64,000 nt of DNA from an uncultured delta proteobacterium (GTDB lineage: Bacteria; Desulfobacterota; RBG-13-43-22), in NCBI GenBank assembly GCA_963790475.1, contig CAWBOS010000013.1, positions 1-64,000 on the forward strand. The letters are read 5' to 3'. The translations under genes were made by a program, and so were the position numbers. Each line of letters opens with the position of its first letter. Position 1 is the stretch's first letter. Below the pieces are notes generated by a model, which saw nothing but the letters and a program-made list of their open reading frames with translations, was not told the origin of the DNA and did not search any database. Positions 30,482 to 39,666 of this stretch are shown here, in pieces.

Positions 30482-32158
30482 ATGTCATCGGGATTAAAAA
30501 AGGGGTCTGAAATTATATTAGAGGTCTTGCAGGAAGAAGGCGTGGACGTCCTTTTTGGGTTTCCGGGAGGGCAAATTATTCCTTTTTACGATGCCCTTTA
30601 TCAGTGTCCCATCCGGCACATTTTAACGCGCCATGAACAGGGGGCGGCCCATGCGGCCGACGGCTACGCCCGGGCTACCGGGAAGGTGGGGGTCTGTGTG
30701 GCCACCTCCGGCCCGGGGGCGACCAATTTAGTGACCGGTCTGACCAATGCCTATATGGATTCGGTGCCGATGGTGGCCTTGACCGGACAGGTACCCACCT
30801 CCATGATCGGCAACGACAGCTTTCAAGAGGCTGACATTTACGGAATCAGTATTCCCGTTACCAAATACAATTATTTAGTCAAGGATATCAATGACCTGAC
30901 CAGGTCCTTAAAAGAGGCCTTTTATATCGCCCGGACCGGCAGACCCGGACCAGTTCTGGTGGATTTACCCAGAGATATCCAGGAAGGACGCATCAAATAC
31001 AAACCGATCAAGGAAATTCAGATTCCCAGTTATCACCCGACGATTAAAGGTCATCCCAAGCAGATCGAGGCCATGTTGCGGGCTATTAAAGAGTCCGAAA
31101 GGCCGGTGGCTTATGTGGGTGGCGGAGTCATTTCAGCCGGGGCCGTTGACGAGTTGAACACTTTTATCCGGACGGCCAATATTCCCATCACCACCACCCT
31201 GATGGGCAAAGGAAGTTTCCCGGATGATGATCCCCTTTCCTTGGGCATGTTGGGAATGCACGGAACGCGGTATGCCAATTATTCAATCTATAATTCAGAT
31301 CTGCTTTTGGCCATCGGGGTCCGTTTTGATGACCGCGTTGCCGGGGATGTAAAAAAATTCGCCCCTCAAGCCAAAATCATCCATGTCGATATCGACCCGG
31401 CCGAGATCGGGAAACGGGTCAATGTGGATATCCCTATCGTGGGAGACGTGAAAAGCGTACTGGGACAAACCCTGGGAAAGATCAAGAGAGCGGAGCGCAA
31501 AACCTGGTTGGATCAAATCGGGAAATGGAAAAAAGAATACCCCCTTCGATACAAGCAAGAGGGCGGGCTTAAGCCCCAATTTGTTCTGGAGTGCATCAAC
31601 AGTATTAAAGATCGTGATATCATTATCTGTACCGATGTGGGCCAGCATCAGATGTGGGCCGCCCAATATATCACCACCCGGAAACCGAGGACCTTCATAT
31701 CTTCGGGCGGTTTAGGGACCATGGGTTTTGGCTTCCCGGCGGCCATCGGGGCGCAGGTCGGCTGCCCGGATAAGACCGTGATCGTTATTTCCGGGGATGG
31801 CAGTTTCCAAATGAACATTCAGGAACTGGCCACAGCCCGGACCTATAATATCCCGGTTAAAATCTGTGTCTTTAACAACGGGGTTTTGGGTATGGTTCGA
31901 CAATGGCAGGAATTATTTTGGAATAAACGCTATTCCCAGACCTGTTTCGAATTTAATCCCGATTTTGTAAAAGTGGCCGAGGGCTATGACATCAAAGGGA
32001 GAACCGTTCGATCGGCCGAAGAAGTCCTACCCGCCCTGGAGGAGTCCTTATCGGTTAAAGGCCCCTTCCTAATTGATTTTCGCATAGCGCCGGAAGAGAA
32101 TGTCTTTCCCATGGTTCCGGCCGGTAAAGGTATTTGCGAAATCCTTGAGGAGTGTTGA
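30482..32158 (+). CDS. ilvB: Acetolactate synthase large subunit
   Basis: RHEQGA, TSGPGATN, DVGQHQMW, SGGLGTMG and GDGSFQMN. Confidence 0.95.
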   Translation: MSSGLKKGSEIILEVLQEEGVDVLFGFPGGQIIPFYDALYQCPIRHILTRHEQGAAHAADGYARATGKVGVCVATSGPGATNLVTGLTNAYMDSVPMVALTGQVPTSMIGNDSFQEADIYGISIPVTKYNYLVKDINDLTRSLKEAFYIARTGRPGPVLVDLPRDIQEGRIKYKPIKEIQIPSYHPTIKGHPKQIEAMLRAIKESERPVAYVGGGVISAGAVDELNTFIRTANIPITTTLMGKGSFPDDDPLSLGMLGMHGTRYANYSIYNSDLLLAIGVRFDDRVAGDVKKFAPQAKIIHVDIDPAEIGKRVNVDIPIVGDVKSVLGQTLGKIKRAERKTWLDQIGKWKKEYPLRYKQEGGLKPQFVLECINSIKDRDIIICTDVGQHQMWAAQYITTRKPRTFISSGGLGTMGFGFPAAIGAQVGCPDKTVIVISGDGSFQMNIQELATARTYNIPVKICVFNNGVLGMVRQWQELFWNKRYSQTCFEFNPDFVKVAEGYDIKGRTVRSAEEVLPALEESLSVKGPFLIDFRIAPEENVFPMVPAGKGICEILEEC

Positions 32159-32160
32159 TC

Positions 32161-32667
32161 ATGCGTCAAGTCATTTCAGTCCTGGTTCGAAACCACCCCG
32201 GGGTTCTGTCCCACGTGGCCGGTCTTTTTGCCCGGCGGGCTTATAATATCGAAAGCATTGTGGCCGGAATCACGGATCGGGCCGATATCACCCGGATTAC
32301 CCTGGTGGTGACCGGCGATGAATCGATACTGGAACAGGTGACCAAGCAGCTCCGGAAACTGATCGATGTCATCGGGGTCATTGATTTGAAATATTCCCAA
32401 TCCATCACCCGGGAATTGATCCTGATGACCGTATACCTGCCGGTGGAAAAACGTGTTGAATTAATCCAGGTGGCCAATTCTTTCGGAGCCACTATTGTGG
32501 ACATCTCCGATCAAACCGCCACCTTGGAATTTTCCGGCAATGAACGGCGAATCAACACCCTGCTCATGGCCCTGACCCCTTTTAAAGTCAAGGAAATTGC
32601 CAGGACCGGACTGATCGCCCTGCCTTTGGAAAGCGTTGTGGGGGACAGCCGGGAATTTTTGGCCTGA
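32161..32667 (+). CDS. ilvN: Acetolactate synthase small subunit
   Basis: N.PGVL..VAGLFARRAYNIES and EIARTG. Confidence 0.93.
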   Translation: MRQVISVLVRNHPGVLSHVAGLFARRAYNIESIVAGITDRADITRITLVVTGDESILEQVTKQLRKLIDVIGVIDLKYSQSITRELILMTVYLPVEKRVELIQVANSFGATIVDISDQTATLEFSGNERRINTLLMALTPFKVKEIARTGLIALPLESVVGDSREFLA

Positions 32668-32757
32668 GGGGCAATTTATCCTTGACAAATTTGATTTCAT
32701 TATGATAATCAAACAAACTTTATTCATAATCCCGATTGGTTCTTAAGGAATAAGGCG

Positions 32758-33306
32758 ATGATTGAAGTTCGATTTCATGGTCGGGGCGGACAGGGGGCGG
32801 TGACTTCAGCCGAATTGATCGCCCTGGCGGCTATTGATGAAGGGCAGTACGCCCAGGCCTTTCCCCTTTTTGGGCCGGAACGCCGCGGCGCACCGGTCGT
32901 GGCCTTCCTGCGGGTCAGCCCTTCCCAGATCCGCATCCGTTCCAAAGTCTATCAGCCGGACATTGTAGTGGTTCTCGATCCGACCCTGCTGGATATTGTC
33001 GATGTTTCCTCCGGGTTGAAACCCAAAGGAACCTTAGTCATCAATTCGGCCAAGACCGCGGACCAGCTCCGAAAAGATTATGCTTTTAAAGGCCGGCTGG
33101 CCGTGGTGGATGCCGGAAAGATTGCCATGGAGGAGATGAATGTGCCCATCACCAACACCACCATGCTGGGGGCCTTGATCAAGGCCGCCGGGATCACTCC
33201 CCTGTCCTCCATGGATAAACCTTTGGACAAGAGGTTCGGAAAAATCGCCGAAAGAAACAAGAAGGCCATGCATAGGGCCTTTGGAGAAACCATCATCAAG
33301 GAGTAA
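32758..33306 (+). CDS. porC: Pyruvate/2-oxoacid:ferredoxin oxidoreductase gamma subunit
   Basis: RFHGRGGQGAVT, FGPERRGAPV and NTTMLGA. Confidence 0.9.
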   Translation: MIEVRFHGRGGQGAVTSAELIALAAIDEGQYAQAFPLFGPERRGAPVVAFLRVSPSQIRIRSKVYQPDIVVVLDPTLLDIVDVSSGLKPKGTLVINSAKTADQLRKDYAFKGRLAVVDAGKIAMEEMNVPITNTTMLGALIKAAGITPLSSMDKPLDKRFGKIAERNKKAMHRAFGETIIKE

Positions 33307-33311
33307 TCAGC

Positions 33312-33608
33312 GTGGCCAAAGTAGAAGCCCTTCACCCCTGGAAAGAGGTCCCCATAGGCTGTGCCATCCTGGAGGCTGGAAACAGCCGGCAATTTAAGAC
33401 CGGAGACTGGCGCTCCACAACCCGGCCGGTGACCGACCGGGAAAAATGTATTAAATGCGGAAGGTGCTGGATCTTTTGCCCGGATATGGCTTACAGTCAT
33501 AGAGCGGACGGCCAGTTTGATTGGAACGGTGATTATTGCAAAGGATGCGGTATCTGTGCCCGGGAATGCCCCGTAGATGCTATTCAAATGATTGCGGAGG
33601 AGAAATAG
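33312..33608 (+). CDS. porD: Pyruvate/2-oxoacid:ferredoxin oxidoreductase delta subunit
   Basis: TGDWR, two 4Fe-4S motifs including YCKGCGICA.ECP. Confidence 0.9.
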   Translation: MAKVEALHPWKEVPIGCAILEAGNSRQFKTGDWRSTTRPVTDREKCIKCGRCWIFCPDMAYSHRADGQFDWNGDYCKGCGICARECPVDAIQMIAEEK

Positions 33609-33610
33609 CT

Positions 33611-34789
33611 ATGGCCGGACGAAAAGGCATGGAAGTTTCCATCGCCGTCAGTGAAGCTGTTAAACTGGCCAACGTGGATGTAATCTCGGCCTATCCTATC
33701 ACTCCCCAGACCCACATTGTGGAACATCTGTCGGAGTTGGTGGCCGATGGAGAGTTGCAGGCGGCCTTCGTCCCCGTTGAATCGGAACATTCGGCCCTAA
33801 GCGCCACCATCGGGGCGGCAGCCACGGGGGCCCGGGCCTATACAGCCACCAGTTCCCAGGGGTTGGCCCTGATGCACGAAATCATGTTCATCGCTTCCAG
33901 CATCCGAATGCCTTTAACCATGACCGTGGTCAACCGGGCTATTTCAGCCCCGATCAATATCTGGAACGACCTGAGCGACATCATGGCCGAACGGGATTGC
34001 GGCTGGGTCCAACTCTTTGCCATCAATGGGCAGGAGGCCGTGGACTTAACGCTCCAAGCCTTCAAGATCGCCGAAGACCCCAGGGTATTGCTGCCCGTGG
34101 CGGTCAATCTGGACGGCTTTATTTTGAGCCATGTTATTGAACCGGTGGAAATGCCCGATCAGGAAACGGTGGATCGCTTTTTGCCCGTATTTAAGCCGGT
34201 ACTGCGCCTGGATCCGGATCTGCCCGTCTCCATAGGGTCCTTCGGCAGTCCGGATGTCTTTATAGAAGTCAAAAAACAGGTAGAAGAAGCACTGATCGGT
34301 TCCCAGAAGGTGATGGCCGAGGTCTGGAAAGATTTCGGAGAAATCTTCGGCCGGACCTATAAACCGATTGAATCCTATAAAACCAAAGGGGCCGAGATCC
34401 TGCTGGTAACCATGGGCAGCATCACAGAAACCGCCATGACGGCTGTGGATGTAATGCGCGAAAAGGGACAGAAAGTGGGATTGATTCATATCCGGCTCTG
34501 GCGCCCCTTCCCTTTTAAGGAATTTTTTCAGGCCATCCGGGAGGCCAAAGCGTTGGCCGTGGTGGATCGGGCCTTGGTTCCGGGCGGTGCAGGCGGACCG
34601 GTGGGTCTGGAAATCAAAGCCGCCCTTTTTGAAAAAAAGGAGCCGCCCTATGTGGCCGAGTTTGTGGCCGGTCTGGGCGGCCGGGATCTGACGGTGGAGG
34701 TCTTTGCCGAAATGGCGTCCAAGGCCGAACGATATGCCAAAACGGGAAAAGAGATGCATTACGAAATGATCGGGGTGCGAGAGAAATGA
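33611..34789 (+). CDS. porA: Pyruvate/2-oxoacid:ferredoxin oxidoreductase alpha subunit
   Basis: AYPITPQT, ESEHSA, TATSSQGL and GLGGRD. Confidence 0.92.
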   Translation: MAGRKGMEVSIAVSEAVKLANVDVISAYPITPQTHIVEHLSELVADGELQAAFVPVESEHSALSATIGAAATGARAYTATSSQGLALMHEIMFIASSIRMPLTMTVVNRAISAPINIWNDLSDIMAERDCGWVQLFAINGQEAVDLTLQAFKIAEDPRVLLPVAVNLDGFILSHVIEPVEMPDQETVDRFLPVFKPVLRLDPDLPVSIGSFGSPDVFIEVKKQVEEALIGSQKVMAEVWKDFGEIFGRTYKPIESYKTKGAEILLVTMGSITETAMTAVDVMREKGQKVGLIHIRLWRPFPFKEFFQAIREAKALAVVDRALVPGGAGGPVGLEIKAALFEKKEPPYVAEFVAGLGGRDLTVEVFAEMASKAERYAKTGKEMHYEMIGVREK

Positions 34790-35760
34790 TTGCCCAAGAC
34801 TTGCAAGATTTTAAGAGATTTACCCCCAAGACCCTGCCCAAAGAAGAACCTCTGGTTTCCGGACATCGGGCCTGTCAGGGTTGCGGAGAGGTCCTGGCTT
34901 TGCGCCTGGTGGCCAAGGCCATCGGCAGTCCCATGATTGTTATCAGCGCCACCGGGTGCATGGAGATCATCTCCTCACCCTATCCCCAAACCGCCTGGGC
35001 CGTGCCCTGGATTCATGTGGCCTTTGAAAATAGCGCCGCCGTGGCCTCCGGGGTGGAAGTGGGGCTCAAGACCTTGATGGCCAAGGGGCGGATCCCCGAG
35101 AAAAAAATTACCATAGTGGTTTTTGCCGGGGACGGGGGAACCGCCGATATCGGGCTCCAGTCTCTTTCCGGGGCCATGGAACGGGGTCATGATTTTGTCT
35201 ATGTCTGTCTGGATAACGAAGCCTACATGAATACCGGTATTCAACGTTCCAGTTCCACCCCTTTCGGAGCCATGACCACCACTTCACCGGCCGGGAAAAT
35301 TACTGCCGGTCAAACCACCTGGAAAAAAAATCTCCCGGCCATTATGGCTGCTCATAGTATTCCTTATGTGGCCACGGCCTCACCGGCCTATTATGTGGAC
35401 TTGATGAACAAGGCTAAGAAAGCGGCCTTGATCAAAGGCCCCGCTTATCTCCACGTCTACTCTCCTTGTCCGACCGGCTGGCGGCATGGAACGGATCTCG
35501 CCATTGAGGTCAGCCGCCTGGTGGTGGAAACTAATATTTTCCCTTTGTTTGAAGTCATCGAAGGGAAATACCTGGTCCGTAAAAACGCCAAGCCCAAACC
35601 GGTGGAAGACTATCTAAAAGGCCAAAGGCGTTTCAGCCACCTGACCCCGGATTTGATTCAGACCATCCAGAAGCGGGTAGATTTGGAGTTTGAAAAACTC
35701 CTCAAGCTGGAGGCCTGCACCCAGCCTGCGGAGATCAAAGAGGAAGCCAAGAAAGAATAA
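34786..35760 (+). CDS. porB: Pyruvate/2-oxoacid:ferredoxin oxidoreductase beta subunit
   Basis: GHRACQGC, GDGGT.DIG, DNEAYMNTG.QRS and SPCPTGW. Confidence 0.92.
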   Translation: MIAQDLQDFKRFTPKTLPKEEPLVSGHRACQGCGEVLALRLVAKAIGSPMIVISATGCMEIISSPYPQTAWAVPWIHVAFENSAAVASGVEVGLKTLMAKGRIPEKKITIVVFAGDGGTADIGLQSLSGAMERGHDFVYVCLDNEAYMNTGIQRSSSTPFGAMTTTSPAGKITAGQTTWKKNLPAIMAAHSIPYVATASPAYYVDLMNKAKKAALIKGPAYLHVYSPCPTGWRHGTDLAIEVSRLVVETNIFPLFEVIEGKYLVRKNAKPKPVEDYLKGQRRFSHLTPDLIQTIQKRVDLEFEKLLKLEACTQPAEIKEEAKKE

Positions 35761-35829
35761 TTTGAAAACAGAGAAGTTTTGGATTATACTTTTTTCTTTC
35801 TGAAATCCAAAATCCAAACTTAAAACCAT

Positions 35830-35960
35830 TCCCCGGTAGCTCAGTCCCGCTTTTAGCGGGATTTCGCTTATGCTCAATCGGGGGAAGCGGGTAGTCGAAG
35901 CGGAGTGGAGATCCCGCAAACTGCGGGATTAATCCCGCTGCAAGCGGGATTCGAGTCCGT
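35830..35960 (+). pseudogene. Decayed tRNA-Asn copy interrupted by ATCCCGC-N5-GCGGGAT palindromes
   Basis: Exact tRNA 5' 17-mer tccccggtagctcagtc and T-loop ttcgagtccgt, with three palindromes between them. Confidence 0.65.
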
Positions 35961-35995
35961 GAGAAGAACATAGAGGATTAAAACAAGATAATCAT

Positions 35996-36071
35996 TCCCC
36001 GGTAGCTCAGTCGGTAGAGCGGGTGGCTGTTAACCACTTGGTCGGCGGTTCGAGTCCGTCCCGGGGAGCCA
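35996..36071 (+). tRNA. tRNA-Asn (GTT)
   Basis: 76-nt cloverleaf; anticodon loop ctGTTaa, T-loop ggttcgag, encoded CCA. Confidence 0.97.
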
Positions 36072-36206
36072 TTTCGACGCGCAAAAGGGGCATTTTAAAA
36101 CAATGAATGCCCCTTTTGCTTGCTCAAGGCCTCCGGCCGAATAGAAAAAGGCGTCGAAATGGTCCTGAGTTTATCGAAGGGCCAATTATTTTATACCCTA
36201 AACCTT

Positions 36207-36509
36207 ATGCCCGCTTGGCTTTATATCCTCCGGCTCAAATCTGGTGCCTTATACGTTGGCGCCACTACCAACCTGGATCAACGTTATAAAGATCATTGCG
36301 CAGGGAAAGCCTGCCGAACTACAAAGATAGATCCACCCTTAGCCCTCGTTCATTCCGAAGAATTCCAGACAAATAGTGATGCCCGAAAACGTGAGGCTCA
36401 AATAAAACGCTGGACAAGGGTAAAAAAGGAAGCGTTAATAGCAGGTGATCTTGATAAACTGAAACTCCTCTCAAGGTCAAAGAAAAGGATTCCCAGAGAA
36501 GAAGAGTAA
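36207..36509 (+). CDS. Small GIY-YIG nuclease (UPF0213/YazA-like), copy 1
   Basis: WLYIL...LYVG.T.N..QR..H and AR.RE.QIK.W...KK.ALI. Confidence 0.88.
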   Translation: MPAWLYILRLKSGALYVGATTNLDQRYKDHCAGKACRTTKIDPPLALVHSEEFQTNSDARKREAQIKRWTRVKKEALIAGDLDKLKLLSRSKKRIPREEE

Positions 36510-36674
36510 ACCGATTGGGGAAGGAATCCACCGAGTCCGTCCCGGGGGGCCAAAAATATAAGTGAGATGGCTGTAGCTTAAAAACATTATGACAACTTAA
36601 ATTTCGTTTAGGACACATGATTCAAATTGTCAAAGTTAAAGAATTGACCCCTTCCCCTGTTCCGTATTTCCTAG

Positions 36675-38657
36675 CCCATCTTCCGCAGTTAGAAAGCATG
36701 GAAGACGCGATATCAAATAGTTACGACAAGAATTAGGGCATTTTCTTCACTACATTTTCAATAATTTTTGGTTTGTTGGGGAGCAGAATTTTCAATCTCT
36801 GAAGCAGCACTTTGAGTTCCTTTGAGGGAGTAGCCACCATTCTGAGCCGGAGGGTTCTCTCCCGCGCCGGTAGTAGCACATCCAAAGATTTCAATTCCCG
36901 CAACTCCTCCAACAGCTTTCTTGGGGCGGTACCGAGTCCCGAGGCTTTCATCCATTGCTGGAGCGTTCGCCACATAGTCAGCGCCAAGAAGCAGACCAGG
37001 ATATGAGCCTGGGTCCGTTCCTGTTTTTGATGGAAGATCGGTCGCATTCCCAGATCATGTTTCTCGGTACGGAATGAATCTTCCACTTCCGTCAGTTGGA
37101 TGTAGGTATTCCATAGGACTTTCGGGTCACTTTCGGTCCAGTTGGTGCGCAAGATGTAGCTACCGCCGGTCTCCAAGGCCCACTGTTGCCGTTGTTCGTT
37201 CTTCTTGACTTCTAGGGAAAGCGGTGCGTCTTTTCCGGTACCGGTCTCTATGACTGTAATATTGAACAACGAGGCCGCACGTTTATTTTGTTCCAGCAGT
37301 CGCCCTATTCTCCGCTCGACTTTCTGCTTGTCTCGGAGCTTGCCGGTTTCGGCCTGGCGGGCCAGGTGATCCAGTTGGCTTTCCAGTCGGGTCAAAAAGT
37401 GGTTTAGAATGGCGTTTTCTTTCTCCTTCCGGCCTTGAGACCGGCACAGGACAAAGATTTCATCCGTTCCTTCCGGCGAGCAACAGAGCTTGACCTCAAC
37501 ATCAGGTTGGACCGCTTCCCAGTTCTGTTCGAAAAGCTGCTGCTCAAACTTCTTCAGCATCACTTTTGGGGTGCCGACCAAATAGCGGGCACCGACTTTG
37601 CGCATAAACTCCAGATTCTCCTCACTCACCATGCCGCGATCCATAACCCAGATCCGGTTGGCTTGGCCGTATTTGGCCTCCATCATCTGAACCATCTCTT
37701 GGGTCGTCGTAACATCCGGTCGATTGCCGTCAAAAACCTCAAAGGCTATGGGAAAGCCCTCTCGGGTGGCCACCAGGCCGATGCAGACCTGGGGACAATC
37801 TGGACGACTGTCCCGGCTGTAACCCCTCTTGGCCTGGGCATTGCCCTTGGCGGTCCCCTCAAAATAGGTGGAGGTTATGTCATAAAACAAAAAATCAAAG
37901 CTACTGCCGAACAGTTCCCCATAACGCTCCTGAAGGTGACGGCTTAAGGCATCCTTGTGGGGAAGCAAGGCATCCAGGGCACGATAAAGCCGATCCTCAT
38001 TGATCTTATAGTCGGCCACTCCCAGCAGATCGTCTAAGGCCGTCTGGCCATACCAAAACTCGGCCATCTGTAATTCCGACGATGGGGCGCAAAAGCGTCC
38101 AAGAACTAAAATAGACGCCATGATCGACCAAGGAATCTCTTCCCGGTTGGAAGGAATATGATCTCGGCAGAACCTGGCAAGCCCCAGTTTGTTCCACAAA
38201 AGCAACCCCAAATAGACATCGCCGAAGCCTCTGAGTCGCTCGACGCTTACGCCATGGATATTGACCGTGGCCCAAGATGGGGGGTCTTCCCCCTGCTCAA
38301 ACAGTTCAGGTCCAGGTAGAGGCTTTCCGGAAAGAATCCGTCCGATCTCCTCCCAACCTATCCGCTCTTCCCGATCAAGGCCAGGAAGTTTCCCTATCGT
38401 CGCCACTACTCGCTGACGGGGCCCTCGGGCAGTACGGACCGACTCAACTAAAAGCCAGCTCTCGTACTCCGCTCCACCTTTCTTTTTGGTCGCACGCCGG
38501 AGATACATAACCCCATTATCTCCGTTCCCACAGCACCTGGCAAGGGGGTGGTCTTCACTACATCCAATTTTCAAAGATCAGGACTTGAAATCATTTAACA
38601 ATTCCTGAAAATTCATCACGTTTTTCTTGATTTTTTCTCCAAACTGCGGAAGATGGG
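36675..38657 (-). mobile_element. IS1634-family insertion sequence, copy 1 (1983 bp)
   Basis: Terminal IRs cccatcttccgcagtt/aactgcggaagatggg; flanks CTAG and TTAA do not match. Confidence 0.9.
36733..38508 (-). CDS. IS1634-family DDE transposase
   Basis: FYDITSTYFEG, GYSRD.RPD, VMDRGM, VEDSFR..K..L..RPIFH and AHILVCFLA. Confidence 0.92.
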   Translation of the reverse strand: MYLRRATKKKGGAEYESWLLVESVRTARGPRQRVVATIGKLPGLDREERIGWEEIGRILSGKPLPGPELFEQGEDPPSWATVNIHGVSVERLRGFGDVYLGLLLWNKLGLARFCRDHIPSNREEIPWSIMASILVLGRFCAPSSELQMAEFWYGQTALDDLLGVADYKINEDRLYRALDALLPHKDALSRHLQERYGELFGSSFDFLFYDITSTYFEGTAKGNAQAKRGYSRDSRPDCPQVCIGLVATREGFPIAFEVFDGNRPDVTTTQEMVQMMEAKYGQANRIWVMDRGMVSEENLEFMRKVGARYLVGTPKVMLKKFEQQLFEQNWEAVQPDVEVKLCCSPEGTDEIFVLCRSQGRKEKENAILNHFLTRLESQLDHLARQAETGKLRDKQKVERRIGRLLEQNKRAASLFNITVIETGTGKDAPLSLEVKKNEQRQQWALETGGSYILRTNWTESDPKVLWNTYIQLTEVEDSFRTEKHDLGMRPIFHQKQERTQAHILVCFLALTMWRTLQQWMKASGLGTAPRKLLEELRELKSLDVLLPARERTLRLRMVATPSKELKVLLQRLKILLPNKPKIIENVVKKMP

Positions 38658-38823
38658 TTAAAGTGACCGCTACAGGATTTTTACTTTTCGATTGACGAAT
38701 AAGCTCCTTTTGTTCACTCAGAAACCGATAGTCAATACTGCCTGGCCGAAACGGTCTACAATAATAGGCACACTGAAGTGTATCTATGCCATGAAGGAGT
38801 AAATTTATTGATTCTGCGGCCAT
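38658..38823 (-). pseudogene. 5' fragment of a putative rolling-circle replication initiation gene, truncated by IS1634
   Basis: LLLHGIDTLQCAYY N-terminus resembles inovirus-type Rep proteins; frame runs into the IS end; no continuation left of the IS. Confidence 0.5.
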
Positions 38824-38825
38824 AG

Positions 38826-39308
38826 CTATTTAATCTTTACCTGCCGTTGCCATTTGCGGCGTGGTGGTGCCATTAGGGATTTACCTTTCCAGTCGTAATC
38901 CCCCATGGCCTCTTTCTCAATTTCTTCAATACTTTTTCCTTCAAGGTCTGCGGCCCACGCTTTACATTCGGAAATCGGAACGTATCCGCTTGAAGGTAAA
39001 CGACCATCAACTAAGGATTTTCTACCTTTCAATAACCTTGAATCTTTAATTTCATGAAAGATAAATACCGTTAAACGGCCTTCCTTTAACCGCTTATGAA
39101 GTCCCGCTCGGGATACCCTCGCGTATCCGGCAGCTCCACCGGGCGAAACAAGGCCGCCTGCTTTACATATTCTCGCAACGGCATGATACCAAACCCTGTA
39201 ATCATTCTCAGTTCCAAACCTCCTAAAGATTCGCGTCCCTTCATCCTGGTCCCCTATAAATCGGCGCAATTTATCCGGTATTTCCACATAAGGGAATTCT
39301 TTTTTCAT
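38826..39308 (-). CDS. Hypothetical protein with probable HTH, phage-like regulator
   Basis: 160-aa ORF with SD GGAG; VSPGGAAGYARVSRAGLHKRLK is HTH-like; coupled to the Rep fragment. Confidence 0.6.
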   Translation of the reverse strand: MKKEFPYVEIPDKLRRFIGDQDEGTRIFRRFGTENDYRVWYHAVARICKAGGLVSPGGAAGYARVSRAGLHKRLKEGRLTVFIFHEIKDSRLLKGRKSLVDGRLPSSGYVPISECKAWAADLEGKSIEEIEKEAMGDYDWKGKSLMAPPRRKWQRQVKIK

Positions 39309-39422
39309 GTTAGTATCTCCAATTAATTAACACCAAGTTTATTTAATTATTAAAATAAAAATAATTCTCTGTCAAGAAAAAAATTAACACCAAGTTTATT
39401 TTTTTAGACGACGTGTATTTTC

Positions 39423-39451
39423 AACCCCCCGTGTTACTATAACGGGGGGTT
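39423..39451. other. Putative rolling-circle origin hairpin
   Basis: aaccccccgtgttactataacggggggtt; C6/G6 stem with AT-rich top, upstream of the Rep-like operon. Confidence 0.5.
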
Positions 39452-39666
39452 CGATCGCCCTTCAGAGGTATGAGTTATCTACAGCCCTGCCCGGCTACCC
39501 CAGGGCCGCGGGCGTGGCTGTAGAAAACCCGATATTGCATTTATTTGAATTAATCCGAGGTATCAACTACTTCCTGCTATACGTACCAAAGTGATGATTG
39601 ACAGATAAGGAGATTTTGATCATCATCTGTCTGATTTTCTTATTGATTTAAGAAAAGGAGACAGAG

